IMG/VR virus record: IMGVR_UViG_3300028840_008160 | Span: 248,001-312,000 of that record | Length of the DNA stretch: 64,000 bases | Direction: 5' to 3' (one strand) | Shown here: positions 29,431 through 39,961 of the stretch, piece by piece | Position numbering within the stretch: position 1 is the stretch's first letter | How the letters are laid out: every line of letters starts with the position of its first letter | Program-made: the position numbers and the translations under genes | Notes under the pieces: generated by a model | Seen by the model: only the letters and a program-made list of their open reading frames with translations | Told to the model about the DNA's origin: nothing | Database searches by the model: none

Positions 29431-29964
29431 GACTATGCCTTTCGTCATGACTATTTTTGTATATTCTCAGCATAGGATTTACAAGATGATCTCAATTGAT
29501 AATGGACAAATCTGGAAAAATAATGAACATTTTGCAAAAGTCGAGATGAAATTAGCACCTAACTCTAGACATTTTCTTTTTCGAGTTGTCGTGTTTACGC
29601 ATCGATTAGATTTTGTTAAAGTAACAACATGGGTGAAGAAACAGATGTTAGAGCGATATTTGAAAAACGAAGATTATGAAGAAACTAACTATAAATTTGA
29701 TATGCATTGAAAAGCAAATTGATTACTACATAAAGGTTCAAAATGAGATTACTAAAGTTATCAAAGATATTTAGAGACAGATATAACTTAGCAAAAGTGT
29801 TCGGCATCTCTGTACAATTACATTATACTTTTGTTATGTTTTTACTGACAAACAATGGAAATGATGATGGCAATTCCTAAATTAGTTAAAAACATAAAAC
29901 CAAGAGAACGAGATGAAGCTATTATTTGGATTGATGGTCAACCTCAACGATGCAAGGTGCAAAA

Positions 29965-30273
29965 ATGCCAGCAGTCAAATGTTTAAGTTGTGGACGGATA
30001 ACAAATACGGCTGTTGCTGATTGGTTAGATTGCAAACAAAATTATCAAGATAATAAAACATCTCCAGAATTTGCAGACCGATGTTTTGCTGCTGTTGATA
30101 GCAAAAATAATGTATGGGTAAAAGGTTGTGCTTATGATGACGACGATAATTATAAAATGTCATTTGTGAATTAGATTTTAGGTAGTTCGACGTTGCCAAA
30201 AACGCGGGAACAAATGCTGCAAGAATTGGAAGAGTTAACAAAAAATGAGAAAAAAGTTAAGTAGCTTTGTTGA
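29965..30273 (+). pseudogene. Small CxxC protein whose frame continues past a TAG
   Basis: MPAVKCLSCG...YKMSFVN*ILGSSTLPKTREQMLQELEELTKNEKKVK (TAG 30172-30174); read-through fills the 70-nt gap to the next gene. Confidence 0.5.
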
Positions 30274-30628
30274 GACATGCCGTCTAACTAAAGAAAATTG
30301 TAAAATTCCAGATTACAAGTTCATCAGCTCGAAAGATGATGGCAACAATGGTTTATTTATGTTTTCTTTGACTGATAAGAAGTCGGGTCAAAAACGATAT
30401 TTAAGATGTTTGGTTTGTGACGAGGGTGATTGGGATCATGTATCAATATCAGAAGAAACTAGTATGCCAACATGGGAAGAAATATTATTAGTTAAAAGAA
30501 TGTTTTTTGATGAGTCTGAAATTGTATTTCAGTTATATTCATCAGATTTTAAATATGACAACAATGTAATTCATTTGTGGAGGTCTCATAAACTCGATAT
30601 TCCTGTACCACCGAAGGATTATATATGA
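30245..30628 (+). CDS. Conserved phage-type hypothetical protein
   Basis: GNNGLF, WDHVSIS, PTWEE..VKRMFF, HLWR pattern. Confidence 0.6.
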   Translation: MRKKLSSFVETCRLTKENCKIPDYKFISSKDDGNNGLFMFSLTDKKSGQKRYLRCLVCDEGDWDHVSISEETSMPTWEEILLVKRMFFDESEIVFQLYSSDFKYDNNVIHLWRSHKLDIPVPPKDYI

Positions 30629-31097
30629 ATGGGTTCAAAGTTAAATTAGTCGACGATCAACTTATTGTGGAACCAATGAATGAGCCAAATGATATTAATT
30701 GGGATAAGATCATTTGTTACGACGATATTGTACTGATTTATATTGAAGCTATAAATGTTAGTACTGCAAAACGTAAAGCTATGGAAAAAATCAGTAAATT
30801 TCTTCCATTGTTGGATAGATGTCAAGTTATGTTAGAAACAAAACCATTGGTTGGTGTAAAGATTGACGAATGTAAGAAACAACTTTTAAGAAAGGAAAAA
30901 CAGTAATGGATGCTTATCGGCGTGAACTTACGAAACATCGCACGCATGTAGCCGAAGACAAAAAGAAGAAGCAGGAAAAGATTGCACGAATTCGTGAGAC
31001 TTTACTCACGCACAAAGAAAAAAATGGAGATGTTCCATGTACACATGTTCATGGATATGCTCTCGATGAAGTTAACAATATCGTAAAGGTTGTTTAA

Positions 31098-31490
31098 ATG
31101 AGTTTGCCAGAAGTTATCAAAGGCAAAATGGTAATGGAAGTTAGTCCTCAGATACAAATTATTCTATTTCCAGATTATGAGGGTCAGCCGAAAATCGACG
31201 TTGTTCAGGTTGATTTTACTCAGCTTGAAGGTAAAAAGACATCGTTGTTTATGACACCATGCGAAGCATTAGAATTGTTATCGGCTCTTGCCACAGCTGT
31301 ACAATTTTATCTTTACAATCAAGAACAATACCGTAAAGAAATTCTTGAACCAAGAGAAGCGATAGTTGATTCAAGAATTATGTGTCGACGTATCAAATCA
31401 GAATGTCATCACAAAGATTTAAGTGCAAAGTATGAGTGCGAGAAAGAAGATCGCGAATGTGCTTTACGAAATAGTGTTGTAGAAGATTAA
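31098..31490 (+). CDS. Hypothetical protein with a Cys-rich tail
   Basis: 130-aa ORF, convergent with 31487..31831. Confidence 0.55.
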   Translation: MSLPEVIKGKMVMEVSPQIQIILFPDYEGQPKIDVVQVDFTQLEGKKTSLFMTPCEALELLSALATAVQFYLYNQEQYRKEILEPREAIVDSRIMCRRIKSECHHKDLSAKYECEKEDRECALRNSVVED

Positions 31491-31831
31491 GTAGAAAATT
31501 CAACTTTAGTAGGATTATCTTGCAAATTTGATACAGAATCTTCTGATACAACGTATGCATCGTAATTAGTACTTTCTGCTAAATTGATTGCTGCACTATA
31601 AGCTTCAAAATTAGCCACTTGAATTGCTGCACCAGATAAACCAAATGCAACCGGTGTTCCGGTACTATCTTGACCATTTTTTACTTGCTGTGAAGTTGGA
31701 GCTGTGGCACTTCTGTCAACAATAACAAAAAATGTACAGCCGTTTTCGTTCGTTTGCGATGTAATGTCGACAGTTGTCGGTGTTCTATTTACAATTGACG
31801 GATATCCTGATTCATTTATTGGTTTTGTCAT
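31487..31831 (-). CDS. Stand-alone copy of the Fn3/Ig-like repeat of 25612..27420
   Basis: SGYPSI...TNENG...APTSQQVKNGQDSTGTPVA...YDAYVVSED...LQDNPTKVEFST. Confidence 0.75.
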   Translation of the reverse strand: MTKPINESGYPSIVNRTPTTVDITSQTNENGCTFFVIVDRSATAPTSQQVKNGQDSTGTPVAFGLSGAAIQVANFEAYSAAINLAESTNYDAYVVSEDSVSNLQDNPTKVEFST

Positions 31832-31841
31832 CGATTACTCC

Positions 31842-32171
31842 TTAAAAAGCATTGTCTATATTTTCTAAAAAGTCTTGTTCGTGTGGATATATATTTAAAA
31901 TGTGTTGCATTCCTGTTAGATGAAAAGTGTCCATTATATCTTTATTTAACCCATATATGCATAAATTTACTTTTGTACTGTATTCTACTAACAATCCTAA
32001 TGCAGAACTGTCAATTGTATTTACACCAGTTAGATCTAGTACGATATTTGATCTGCCTTGTTTTATAATGGCTTGTAGTCTATCAGCAATGTTGTTAACT
32101 TCGCCATTAGTTATTGAACCTTGAATTGTCAGAACTAGATACATCTCATTTGACGATTCTTGAATCTGCAT
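31842..32171 (-). CDS. STAS-domain anti-sigma-factor antagonist
   Basis: AGGAGG SD before MQIQE; IVLDLTGVNTIDSSALGLLV. Confidence 0.88.
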   Translation of the reverse strand: MQIQESSNEMYLVLTIQGSITNGEVNNIADRLQAIIKQGRSNIVLDLTGVNTIDSSALGLLVEYSTKVNLCIYGLNKDIMDTFHLTGMQHILNIYPHEQDFLENIDNAF

Positions 32172-32253
32172 ATTAAGCCTCCTATGGCCTTTTCTATAAT
32201 TAGCATCTTTATAAAACAACTTATTACAAGTAAAAAGAACTTAACCCATTCAT

Positions 32254-32283
32254 TTGACAGATGAACAAGGGTTCATGTAAAAT
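32254..32283 (+). promoter_or_regulatory. Sigma70-like promoter with an inverted repeat in the spacer
   Basis: TTGACA-18-TAAAAT; ATGAAC-aagg-GTTCAT at 32261-32276. Confidence 0.5.
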
Positions 32284-32303
32284 CAATGAAAGGCATAGAT
32301 AAC

Positions 32304-32465
32304 ATGAGACATCTGGCTCAAATTCAAGAAGAGTTTCTGCGTATTGCTCAGGAAAATACTGTTGACGACACTGTTAGAGACCCACAGAGAGTCCACACCA
32401 TACAAACAGTTAATGACAAGACAACGGGTCATCCTATCGAACCTGCCCGAGCTGACCGAAAATAA
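32304..32465 (+). CDS. 53-aa leader-family peptide (below the ORF-track cutoff)
   Basis: MRHLAQIQEEFLRIAQENTVDD...ADRK*. Confidence 0.65.
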   Translation: MRHLAQIQEEFLRIAQENTVDDTVRDPQRVHTIQTVNDKTTGHPIEPARADRK

Positions 32466-32511
32466 CTACAGTTGACAGACTTTCTTTGTCTTCATGAGTG
32501 ACTATAAACTT

Positions 32512-32700
32512 ATGATGTGGTAGACTAGAGACGGAAGAGTAATGAATATCAAAGACATGGATGCGCAGCATTTGCATAATGTAATTGCTATGTTAGAGCG
32601 AGAAAAACGTCAACCAGATGTTATTGAAGAATTACGCAAAGAATTAGATAGTAGGCAATCTCAAGTGAACAAATTTTCGTTTATTTTAGATCACAATTAA
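32512..32700 (+). pseudogene. Small phage-type protein with an in-frame TAG at codon 4
   Basis: MMW*TRDGRVMNIKDMDAQHLHNVIAMLER fits a W-x-T-x-DG...I-x-DM...HL-x-N pattern (TAG 32521-32523). Confidence 0.55.
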
Positions 32701-32719
32701 CTTTTCATGGAGGTGTCGT

Positions 32720-33262
32720 ATGAAGTGGATAGTGCCAAGTGTCATTATGGGTGTTGTCGTTGTCGGAATTGTGATTGTCGTTTTTATGAAGATTGGTTAC
32801 ACGAATCAAGCAATTGACTATGAAACACAGTACGAAGCGCAGACAGATGCGAACAAAGCTATTTATGATGAAGTCTGGAAAGTACTTCAACAGAAAGCTG
32901 GAGTTGTAAGTCAGTACGCTGATGATTTTAAAAGCGTGTATCAACCTCTTATGGAAGCCAGATATGAGGGTGATGCTAAAGGTGCCCCAATGTTCAAATG
33001 GATTCAGGAACGAAATCCTACGTTTTCAATTGATTTATACAATTCGTTGTCTGATGCAATTTCTGCACAACGCGCTAAGTTTACTCGAGTTCAACTCAAA
33101 TTGAGAGATATCAAGCGTGAACACGATAAATTACGGCTGTCAATTCCGTCATCATGGTTTGTTGGTGGTCGTGATGAATTAGAGGTAGTGCTTGTAACAT
33201 CTGCTAAGACCGAACAGACATTCGAAACTGGCCAAGAAAATGATGTAGAACTTTTTAAATAA
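32720..33262 (+). CDS. Membrane-anchored coiled-coil protein (LemA-like architecture)
   Basis: N-terminal TM; MFKWIQERNP...LSDAISAQRAKF; GGAGG SD. Confidence 0.55.
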   Translation: MKWIVPSVIMGVVVVGIVIVVFMKIGYTNQAIDYETQYEAQTDANKAIYDEVWKVLQQKAGVVSQYADDFKSVYQPLMEARYEGDAKGAPMFKWIQERNPTFSIDLYNSLSDAISAQRAKFTRVQLKLRDIKREHDKLRLSIPSSWFVGGRDELEVVLVTSAKTEQTFETGQENDVELFK

Positions 33263-33271
33263 GGGGCAATT

Positions 33272-34471
33272 GTGAATGGGTTAATGTATGGTTGTTTATT
33301 AGTTCCATTAATAGCTATCATTTTTTTGGCTATCAAATTCAAGGCTAGAATGGCTATTTGGGAATATGTGATCCTTTTCGTAGTGCCGTTGATTACAATC
33401 ATCATTGGTAAGGTTATTTCTATTCATTCGCAGACAGTTGATACGGAATATTGGAACACATATGGCATTAAAGCAATCTATTATGAGGCATGGAATGAAT
33501 GGATAACAAAAACATGCGAAGATTGTACTGAGACATGTACTGGTTCAGGCGAAGATCGGACTTGTACGGAGACATGTGTAGAATATGACTGTTCATATTG
33601 CGACAATAATTCAGCATATTGGGAATTGATAGATAATACTGGTACATCTTTTGGTATTCCGTCATATGAATTTGAACGCATAACAGCACTTTGGGGAAAC
33701 GTAAAACGTGTTGATAGAGGCAAAAGATGTGAATGTGAATGTTTTGGTAATGGTGATCAATTAGACGGCGATCAATATATTACAGTAATGAGCAATGCAA
33801 ATGATATTGATATGACAGTGCCGATATGCAAACAACATACATATGAAAATAAAGTTCAATGTTCTAAATCTGTATTTAACTTTCAAGAGATTGATAGTAC
33901 GACAATAGCTGATTATAAACTATATTGTTATCCTCATTATGAGAGCATGGGCATTCTTCATTATAATCCTCTTATAGGTACAAAAGATGGAAAAGCCGCT
34001 GATAGATTAAACAAGCATAATGCTCGACTAGGCTCTTTTAAACAAGTTCATATGATGATTGTCGTATTTCATAATCAACCATATGATGCAGCACTTCTAC
34101 AAGAGGCATATTGGAAAAAAGGCAATAAGAATGAATTCATTTTATGTATTGGACTTTCTGGTAATAAAATTGTATGGACTTATGTTATATCATGGACTGA
34201 TGAAGAAGAGCTGAAGATTAGAGTAGCTAGAAAAGTAAAAGAAATGGATTATGATCTTATAGCTATAGCTGACTACATGGCTGATGAAGTAAAGAAAAAT
34301 TATGTAAGAAAGCAATTTGTTGATTTTAGTTATATTTCAGTTGAGCCAACATTGAAAGCTGTTTTAATAACTTTCTTTGTGACATTGATCGTTACTATTG
34401 CAATCTCAATTTTTGCAATAGCAAATGATTTCAATTTTGGTGATATGACTAAAGGCCGTCGTAGGTGGTGA
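33272..34471 (+). CDS. Membrane protein with a Cys-rich extracytoplasmic domain
   Basis: Two N-terminal TMs, one C-terminal TM; TCEDCTETCTGSGEDRTCTETC.EYDCSYC. Confidence 0.65.
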   Translation: MNGLMYGCLLVPLIAIIFLAIKFKARMAIWEYVILFVVPLITIIIGKVISIHSQTVDTEYWNTYGIKAIYYEAWNEWITKTCEDCTETCTGSGEDRTCTETCVEYDCSYCDNNSAYWELIDNTGTSFGIPSYEFERITALWGNVKRVDRGKRCECECFGNGDQLDGDQYITVMSNANDIDMTVPICKQHTYENKVQCSKSVFNFQEIDSTTIADYKLYCYPHYESMGILHYNPLIGTKDGKAADRLNKHNARLGSFKQVHMMIVVFHNQPYDAALLQEAYWKKGNKNEFILCIGLSGNKIVWTYVISWTDEEELKIRVARKVKEMDYDLIAIADYMADEVKKNYVRKQFVDFSYISVEPTLKAVLITFFVTLIVTIAISIFAIANDFNFGDMTKGRRRW

Positions 34472-34882
34472 TTCAGTGCGCATAGTTAAGCTATAGCACG
34501 AGTTATTAATCATCTTTTGACAAATCACTAAAAGACAGGAGGCTCAATATAATTGCATACTATATAAGGCTAAAACTAAGGAGTTAAACGTGAGACTTGA
34601 AGTAGATTTTCCTGACGAATTACTGGCACAAGTACCAGATGAAACAGATGAGCGAATCGTCGCATTAGCTATAAGAGACACTGTGACTAGACTTGTTAAA
34701 GATAATAAAGAAACAGTGCCAGATTTGTTACGTCAAAATATCAGTGAAAACGAACAATGGTTGAAAGATATAGTTAATGAAGTAAAAAGCAAAAACGATT
34801 AACGTCTGACATAATTACTTATTTGATAAAGTAACTACTATTAAGTGGTTACTTTTCTTTTGTCTTCATTTTTAGGTCGAAT

Positions 34883-35863
34883 ATGATTGATTTTTTTAAA
34901 CGACTAATTCAATATTTGCGAAATTTATTTTTGGCAAAACAAGCATTTTGGCCAGAGAGTACGTTTGACATTCTTAACAAGGAGAGTACCGTGAGATGTC
35001 CAAAACTGGGTTGGATGCGTGATCTTCCAGATATTAGAGACTATAGTGTTGATACGCCAAAAGTACAAGAAACGTTAAAGATGTATCCTCAATATGGTTC
35101 AACAATACCAGACACTGTTGATTTAAGACAATGGTGCTCTCCTATAGAAGATCAACAAGCTTTAGGTTCTTGCACAGCCAATGCTGCAGTTGGCGCAGTC
35201 GAGTTGTTACAAAGGGCATATTATGGTAATCATATTGATATGTCTAGATTATTTGTTTACAAAACTACAAGAAATCTTATGCAAAGAACAGGTGATACTG
35301 GTGCTACTATTCGTGGAACAATGAAAGCTCTTGCAATGTTTGGTTCGCCACCGGAGCAATATTGGGATTATGATATTCAAGATTTTGATCTTGAACCATC
35401 ACAATTTGCTTATGCAATGGGTCAAAACTACAAGGCAATTAGTTATTACAGATTAGATCCACAAATAAAAACCACAGAAGCTATGAGTCAAACAGTTCAG
35501 CGTATTCAACAACAACTAGCTTGGGGTATTCCTTGTGTGTTTGGTTTCATAGTTTTTTACTCAGTTCCAAGACCTGGTGATGGGAAAATTGATATTCCAA
35601 TGCCAACGCCCGGTGATTATCCAATGGGAGGTCATGCTGTACTAGCTGTTGGTTATGATAATAACCGTATGATGCCAACGACTACTCCTGGCAAATCTGT
35701 GAAAGGTGCGTTTCTTATTCGTAATTCGTGGGGAACTTCATGGGGTGATGGTGGATATGGCTGGTTGCCCTATTCATTTGTAAGGTCTGGTCTTGCAGTT
35801 GATTGGTGGGCACTTGCATATACTGATCATATTGATCTTTCACAATTTGACACCAGGAGATAA
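34883..35863 (+). CDS. Papain-like C1 cysteine peptidase
   Basis: DQQALGSCTANA, GGHAVLAVGYD, LIRNSWG. Confidence 0.92.
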   Translation: MIDFFKRLIQYLRNLFLAKQAFWPESTFDILNKESTVRCPKLGWMRDLPDIRDYSVDTPKVQETLKMYPQYGSTIPDTVDLRQWCSPIEDQQALGSCTANAAVGAVELLQRAYYGNHIDMSRLFVYKTTRNLMQRTGDTGATIRGTMKALAMFGSPPEQYWDYDIQDFDLEPSQFAYAMGQNYKAISYYRLDPQIKTTEAMSQTVQRIQQQLAWGIPCVFGFIVFYSVPRPGDGKIDIPMPTPGDYPMGGHAVLAVGYDNNRMMPTTTPGKSVKGAFLIRNSWGTSWGDGGYGWLPYSFVRSGLAVDWWALAYTDHIDLSQFDTRR

Positions 35864-35865
35864 TC

Positions 35866-36537
35866 ATGAAAAATGTTGATCAGATAGTTAATAGCATTTT
35901 ACAAAAGAGTGCAGCTGATATTGTTGATGATGTAGTGTCGTCGACACTTTTAAGTGAAGCTGTTGTTGATTTCTTGCGCGAAAATCCTAATCCCACAGAC
36001 GCTGATTTGCATAAGTGGGCAGAAGAAAACAATTATAATATACACGAAGTTGAAACAGAAATTTATAAACTAGCAACTAGTTTTGTTCAAGGGTTAAAAG
36101 AGATCAATAAAGAAGCAGAAACAGAACCAGAAGCAAATCCTGATTTGAAAGGATTTGTAACTAACATTGAAGAAGATACAGTTGATAACGATGATTTTAG
36201 ACGTGTTTTGTACACTGGCAAGAACTCTCAATTAGTACTTATGTCAATAGAACCAGGTGATGATATTGGCGTTGAAGTTCATACTGTCGATCAATTCTTT
36301 CGTGTTGATTCTGGTTCTGCACAAGTGATAATTAATGATGTGCCTCATGATGTAGAAGACGGTTTTGCATTCGTTGTGCCAGCAACAGCAAAACATAATG
36401 TTATTAACATAGGTGATGAACCGTTAAAGTTATATTCAATTTATTCACCGCCACAGCATAAAGATGGTACAGTTCATTCTACTAAAGATGAAGCAATGCA
36501 AGCGGAAGAACATTTTGATGGAGAAACTTCAGAATAA
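35866..36537 (+). CDS. Cupin-domain protein with an acidic N-domain and a possible divergent leader
   Basis: FRRVLYTGKNSQLVLMSI.PG.DIG.EVH..DQFFRV..G, HNVIN.G..PLKLYSIYSPPQH; N-terminus MKNVDQIVNSILQKSA. Confidence 0.85.
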   Translation: MKNVDQIVNSILQKSAADIVDDVVSSTLLSEAVVDFLRENPNPTDADLHKWAEENNYNIHEVETEIYKLATSFVQGLKEINKEAETEPEANPDLKGFVTNIEEDTVDNDDFRRVLYTGKNSQLVLMSIEPGDDIGVEVHTVDQFFRVDSGSAQVIINDVPHDVEDGFAFVVPATAKHNVINIGDEPLKLYSIYSPPQHKDGTVHSTKDEAMQAEEHFDGETSE

Positions 36538-36602
36538 CTGCTACAATAATCGTCTACGTTACTACAGTTGATTATATCTACAGCTGACTAATTTTGTCTT
36601 GA

Positions 36603-36628
36603 TGTAAAACTCTTGAATGAGTTTTACA
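36603..36628. promoter_or_regulatory. Perfect 10-bp inverted repeat in an intergenic region
   Basis: TGTAAAACTC-ttgaat-GAGTTTTACA. Confidence 0.45.
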
Positions 36629-36669
36629 ACAATATACGGAAAATTATGTATTGAAGACTGGATGTTGCG

Positions 36670-37113
36670 ATGAAAATTGTTAAGTTTTGGTTTTGGTTTC
36701 TCTTAATTTTAGCTTTGTACGCGTCAATTTTTTACAAAGAAATTTATAACGTCGATAATCGATATTTGAATAATCTACATGTAGTATTTTTTGTATATGT
36801 GATGGTAATTAATGTGCTTATGATATTTGCTGCCTTTGGCATATTTACAATGGTAAACGGACATGTGTCTATTGAACCGCAAGACAAACCAAAGATGTTC
36901 AAATTAGTTAAGTCTTCATTTGGTTTGAATTTTGTTTTGAATAGAATTTTTTGGACTGGCATAATAATAGGTCTAGCTATAATAGATGCTTGGTGGTTTT
37001 TTTCATTTTTACTTTTACAAGAATTTGAAGTATGGTACATACGAACAAAGACGAAAGCATTGAGAGAAATGTGTGGATATAAACAGACTAGAGATGAGTC
37101 AGAAGGCAAATGA
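36670..37113 (+). CDS. Membrane protein
   Basis: 3-4 hydrophobic helices. Confidence 0.6.
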   Translation: MKIVKFWFWFLLILALYASIFYKEIYNVDNRYLNNLHVVFFVYVMVINVLMIFAAFGIFTMVNGHVSIEPQDKPKMFKLVKSSFGLNFVLNRIFWTGIIIGLAIIDAWWFFSFLLLQEFEVWYIRTKTKALREMCGYKQTRDESEGK

Positions 37114-37819
37114 TGGCAGAAAACAAAGTGCTTGAAAAGTTGATCGACGCATTTGCTACGATAGAAAAGTATGATATAAGAGTTGCTCGAATAAATATGC
37201 CCTATCGTGCATATGATGAAATTGTAAAAGATCAAATATGTCGATTTGATTCATCTAGTCTTATATCAACACAACAATCAATAGCGTTAGATAATACTAG
37301 GACTGAAGCACGTATTGGTAATTTGTATGGTGCTGAAGTGTTCTTTTCTGACAAATTTGAAGTCTTTGGCGAACAAAATTTTGCGCCAGCAAGGGCAACA
37401 GATGTTATTATAGAAGTAATCGAATAAAATGTCCAGTACCATTGTACTCATTTATTGGCAATCTTACCATTTATGTTAAATCAAGAGCATTTCCAGTTTC
37501 AAATGTCAGTAAAGAAGAATCAATTGCAATAGAGATGTTACGAGAAATGATCACTGAAGCTGAATACCGTAAGTATATTAAAGATGGATTTATTTGTGTA
37601 AAAGGTGTAAGCGGCAAGATTTATCAAGTTTTTAGACATAACAACCATGTAAGAGTTTGGCATAATGGTAAATTAATTGAAGAAATTTGTTCATATATAT
37701 CTGATACAAGCGTGCCACCGACTGACAAAGTTGTCGCATTTAAAACTATTATTGAAACTGATGAAGAAGAATTTCGTTCACTTGGAAACGTTTACAAAAT
37801 GAGAAGCATGGCAGCATAA
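37110..37819 (+). pseudogene. Frameshifted member of a three-paralog family (with 43550..44203 and 54570..55289)
   Basis: ORFs 37110..37427 and 37442..37819 join through a frame change at about 37400-37424; joined length about 236 aa matches the paralogs; shared C-domain EMLREMITE.E...Y.K.GF...G.SG..YQVFR...EEIC...TD.V.AFK..IE.DE.EF...GN.Y. Confidence 0.7.
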
Positions 37820-38292
37820 TGGGACAAGAATTTTGGATTTTGCCAACAAAAAAAGATAGTAAGCATGTCAGGAAACTTGTAGCTCAAATCGGTTCAACGC
37901 CTAGTGATAAAGGTAATTATCGATACGTTGAAGGACCATCAATTGACAAGTATAAGCTTGATTGTTGGATTCATTGGCGAGGACCAAGACTTGAGATAGG
38001 ATATGCTGCGGGCGCATATTTAGGAGAATGGGCTAAAGCAATTGCGCTTGAAATTTGTAAACGATTTAGACCAAAAAGGGCAGGACATGATGCTATTGGT
38101 TATATAAAAGATCTTGATCAGTTTATAACGACGCGACCATTTGATGTGGAAATGAGATTACGCATGGACGCTATGAAACGATCTAGCGCAAGTGAAGAAT
38201 TGAAAAGAAAATGGGAAAAAGAAATTCAAGACATGAAACAATATCAGAAAATTGTAACAGAAGGTGCTGCTGTCGCATTTAAAGATTTATGA
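37819..38292 (+). CDS. Hypothetical protein
   Basis: 157 aa, TAATG overlap. Confidence 0.55.
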   Translation: MGQEFWILPTKKDSKHVRKLVAQIGSTPSDKGNYRYVEGPSIDKYKLDCWIHWRGPRLEIGYAAGAYLGEWAKAIALEICKRFRPKRAGHDAIGYIKDLDQFITTRPFDVEMRLRMDAMKRSSASEELKRKWEKEIQDMKQYQKIVTEGAAVAFKDL

Positions 38293-38463
38293 AAAATTAT
38301 GATAAAGCAAAAGCTGCTGTTGCTGAAGACGAAGATTTACAAAAAGCTGTTGACGAATTAATGTGGCAATATGTTAGCGAAGACGGCATGTCAAAAAGAT
38401 TGGCTAAACGAAAAGCAATGCGAGTAATTGCTAGAACGTTATCAAAATTGCCAAAGGATAAAA

Positions 38464-39594
38464 ATGATCAACCATCCTGACATCAAGAAAAAGCGGCTGT
38501 CTTCGTATAGCTATATTGAAACTAGAACAGCAAATGATCAACTTTTAGAAGTTCGATGTCCAACTGAATATGTTGATAAAGTTAAAGAAGTTTTAGCTTT
38601 AACTGTATCAATCCAGCCTGCAATAAATCATACAACTAATGTGACTCACGGCGGTTATGGGCGGTATTCAAGATTCAAACTTGACCAGAAAAAATATGCT
38701 GGTGGTCATGGAGGTTATATTGAAGTACTGCGAATTCTAGATGCGCCTGACAACAGATGCCCTAATGTGCTTCATTCAATGTCAGTATATCATGGATCGT
38801 CGTTTACAGAATTCAAAACGATTAAAGACGCTGTTGACGCATGGAATAAGTATTATGGTAAATTATTTGAGAGAGAGTCATTAGAAGAAATACCTGGATT
38901 TATACGACATGTTAAGTGCGGTGTGCTAGATCCTTGGTTTTATGCATTAGGCGATCAGCATATTACAGGGGATTTTGTTTTTCCCGATGTATTTAATGAA
39001 CATCCTCAATATAGAGTAGGGACCAAGTTTATTGTTGATGATAAGGCTGACGGCTGTAGGAAAGTTAAAATGTGTATGGGTGCTGTAACGCGTGAGAAAG
39101 ACAGCGGTAATTATTGGGGCTGCACTGGAAATAAATATCGTGAGACAGAAATCTTCTGGGATGATGGCACGTCGTCATTAGCAACTAATAATGTTCGAAT
39201 ATTACAAGATAATAAATTATGGATTGATGAAGCAATTACGAAATTTAAACGACTCATCTCTGGTACTTGCACGCATTTTGAGATACCATTCGTTGATGGA
39301 AGTAAATTTCTTGGCAGACTTAAATTATGTGATGGAACGTCAAAATCAGAGCCCGGCATTTATGTAATTACTGTCGTCGTCAAGGACAAAAATGGAGAAC
39401 GCACTGTGACAGGGCGACAGTCATTTACGCCAACCGATGACTGCAAAACAATATATGACAGAGTCAAACTGGACGCTGAAATCAAAGGAATTGAATTAGT
39501 TCGATTTGAATCTTGCGTTAAAGAAAACAAACGTAATGAGTCAGCAAAATGGAAAGGCGTTTTCGAGCTTGAAAAAGTTGAAAAAAACATATAA
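38464..39594 (+). CDS. Hypothetical protein
   Basis: About 376-aa ORF; no recognised motif. Confidence 0.6.
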   Translation: MINHPDIKKKRLSSYSYIETRTANDQLLEVRCPTEYVDKVKEVLALTVSIQPAINHTTNVTHGGYGRYSRFKLDQKKYAGGHGGYIEVLRILDAPDNRCPNVLHSMSVYHGSSFTEFKTIKDAVDAWNKYYGKLFERESLEEIPGFIRHVKCGVLDPWFYALGDQHITGDFVFPDVFNEHPQYRVGTKFIVDDKADGCRKVKMCMGAVTREKDSGNYWGCTGNKYRETEIFWDDGTSSLATNNVRILQDNKLWIDEAITKFKRLISGTCTHFEIPFVDGSKFLGRLKLCDGTSKSEPGIYVITVVVKDKNGERTVTGRQSFTPTDDCKTIYDRVKLDAEIKGIELVRFESCVKENKRNESAKWKGVFELEKVEKNI

Positions 39595-39961
39595 TAAAAT
39601 ACCAAAAATTGATTGCGAACCTGGTTGTACTGAATGTTGTGGTATTGTTCCAATTAGTCGTGATGAAGCTAGAAATATTGGTATTAATGATAGACGTCTT
39701 CTACCAGTTAAAGATGACGGAATAACTTGCGCATATGTTTGTAAGACAGGTTGTTCAATTTACAAGAAGAGACCAGTTTTGTGCAGACTAATGGGCGTTG
39801 TTGAAAAAATGCCTTGTCCAAAACGACAACCTGAACGTATGTTGACGCAAAAAGAAGAAGATGAACTTATGAATGAAATATTTCATGGTAAGATTAGTGG
39901 ACAAATGTCAAATGAACTTAGTAATTTGGTAGAAAAATTGAAATGCCAGACAGAGAAGTAA
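39536..39961 (+). CDS. YkgJ-family cysteine-cluster protein
   Basis: CEPGCTECCG...CAYV...GCSIYKKRPVLCRL; start uncertain (39536 or TTG 39569). Confidence 0.8.
   Translation: MSQQNGKAFSSLKKLKKTYNKIPKIDCEPGCTECCGIVPISRDEARNIGINDRRLLPVKDDGITCAYVCKTGCSIYKKRPVLCRLMGVVEKMPCPKRQPERMLTQKEEDELMNEIFHGKISGQMSNELSNLVEKLKCQTEK

Noticed and set aside
29746-29880. 44-aa ORF resembling the N-terminus of an M50 site-2 protease (KVFGISVQLHYTF)
   Set aside because: Too short, no HExxH; the resemblance could be chance.
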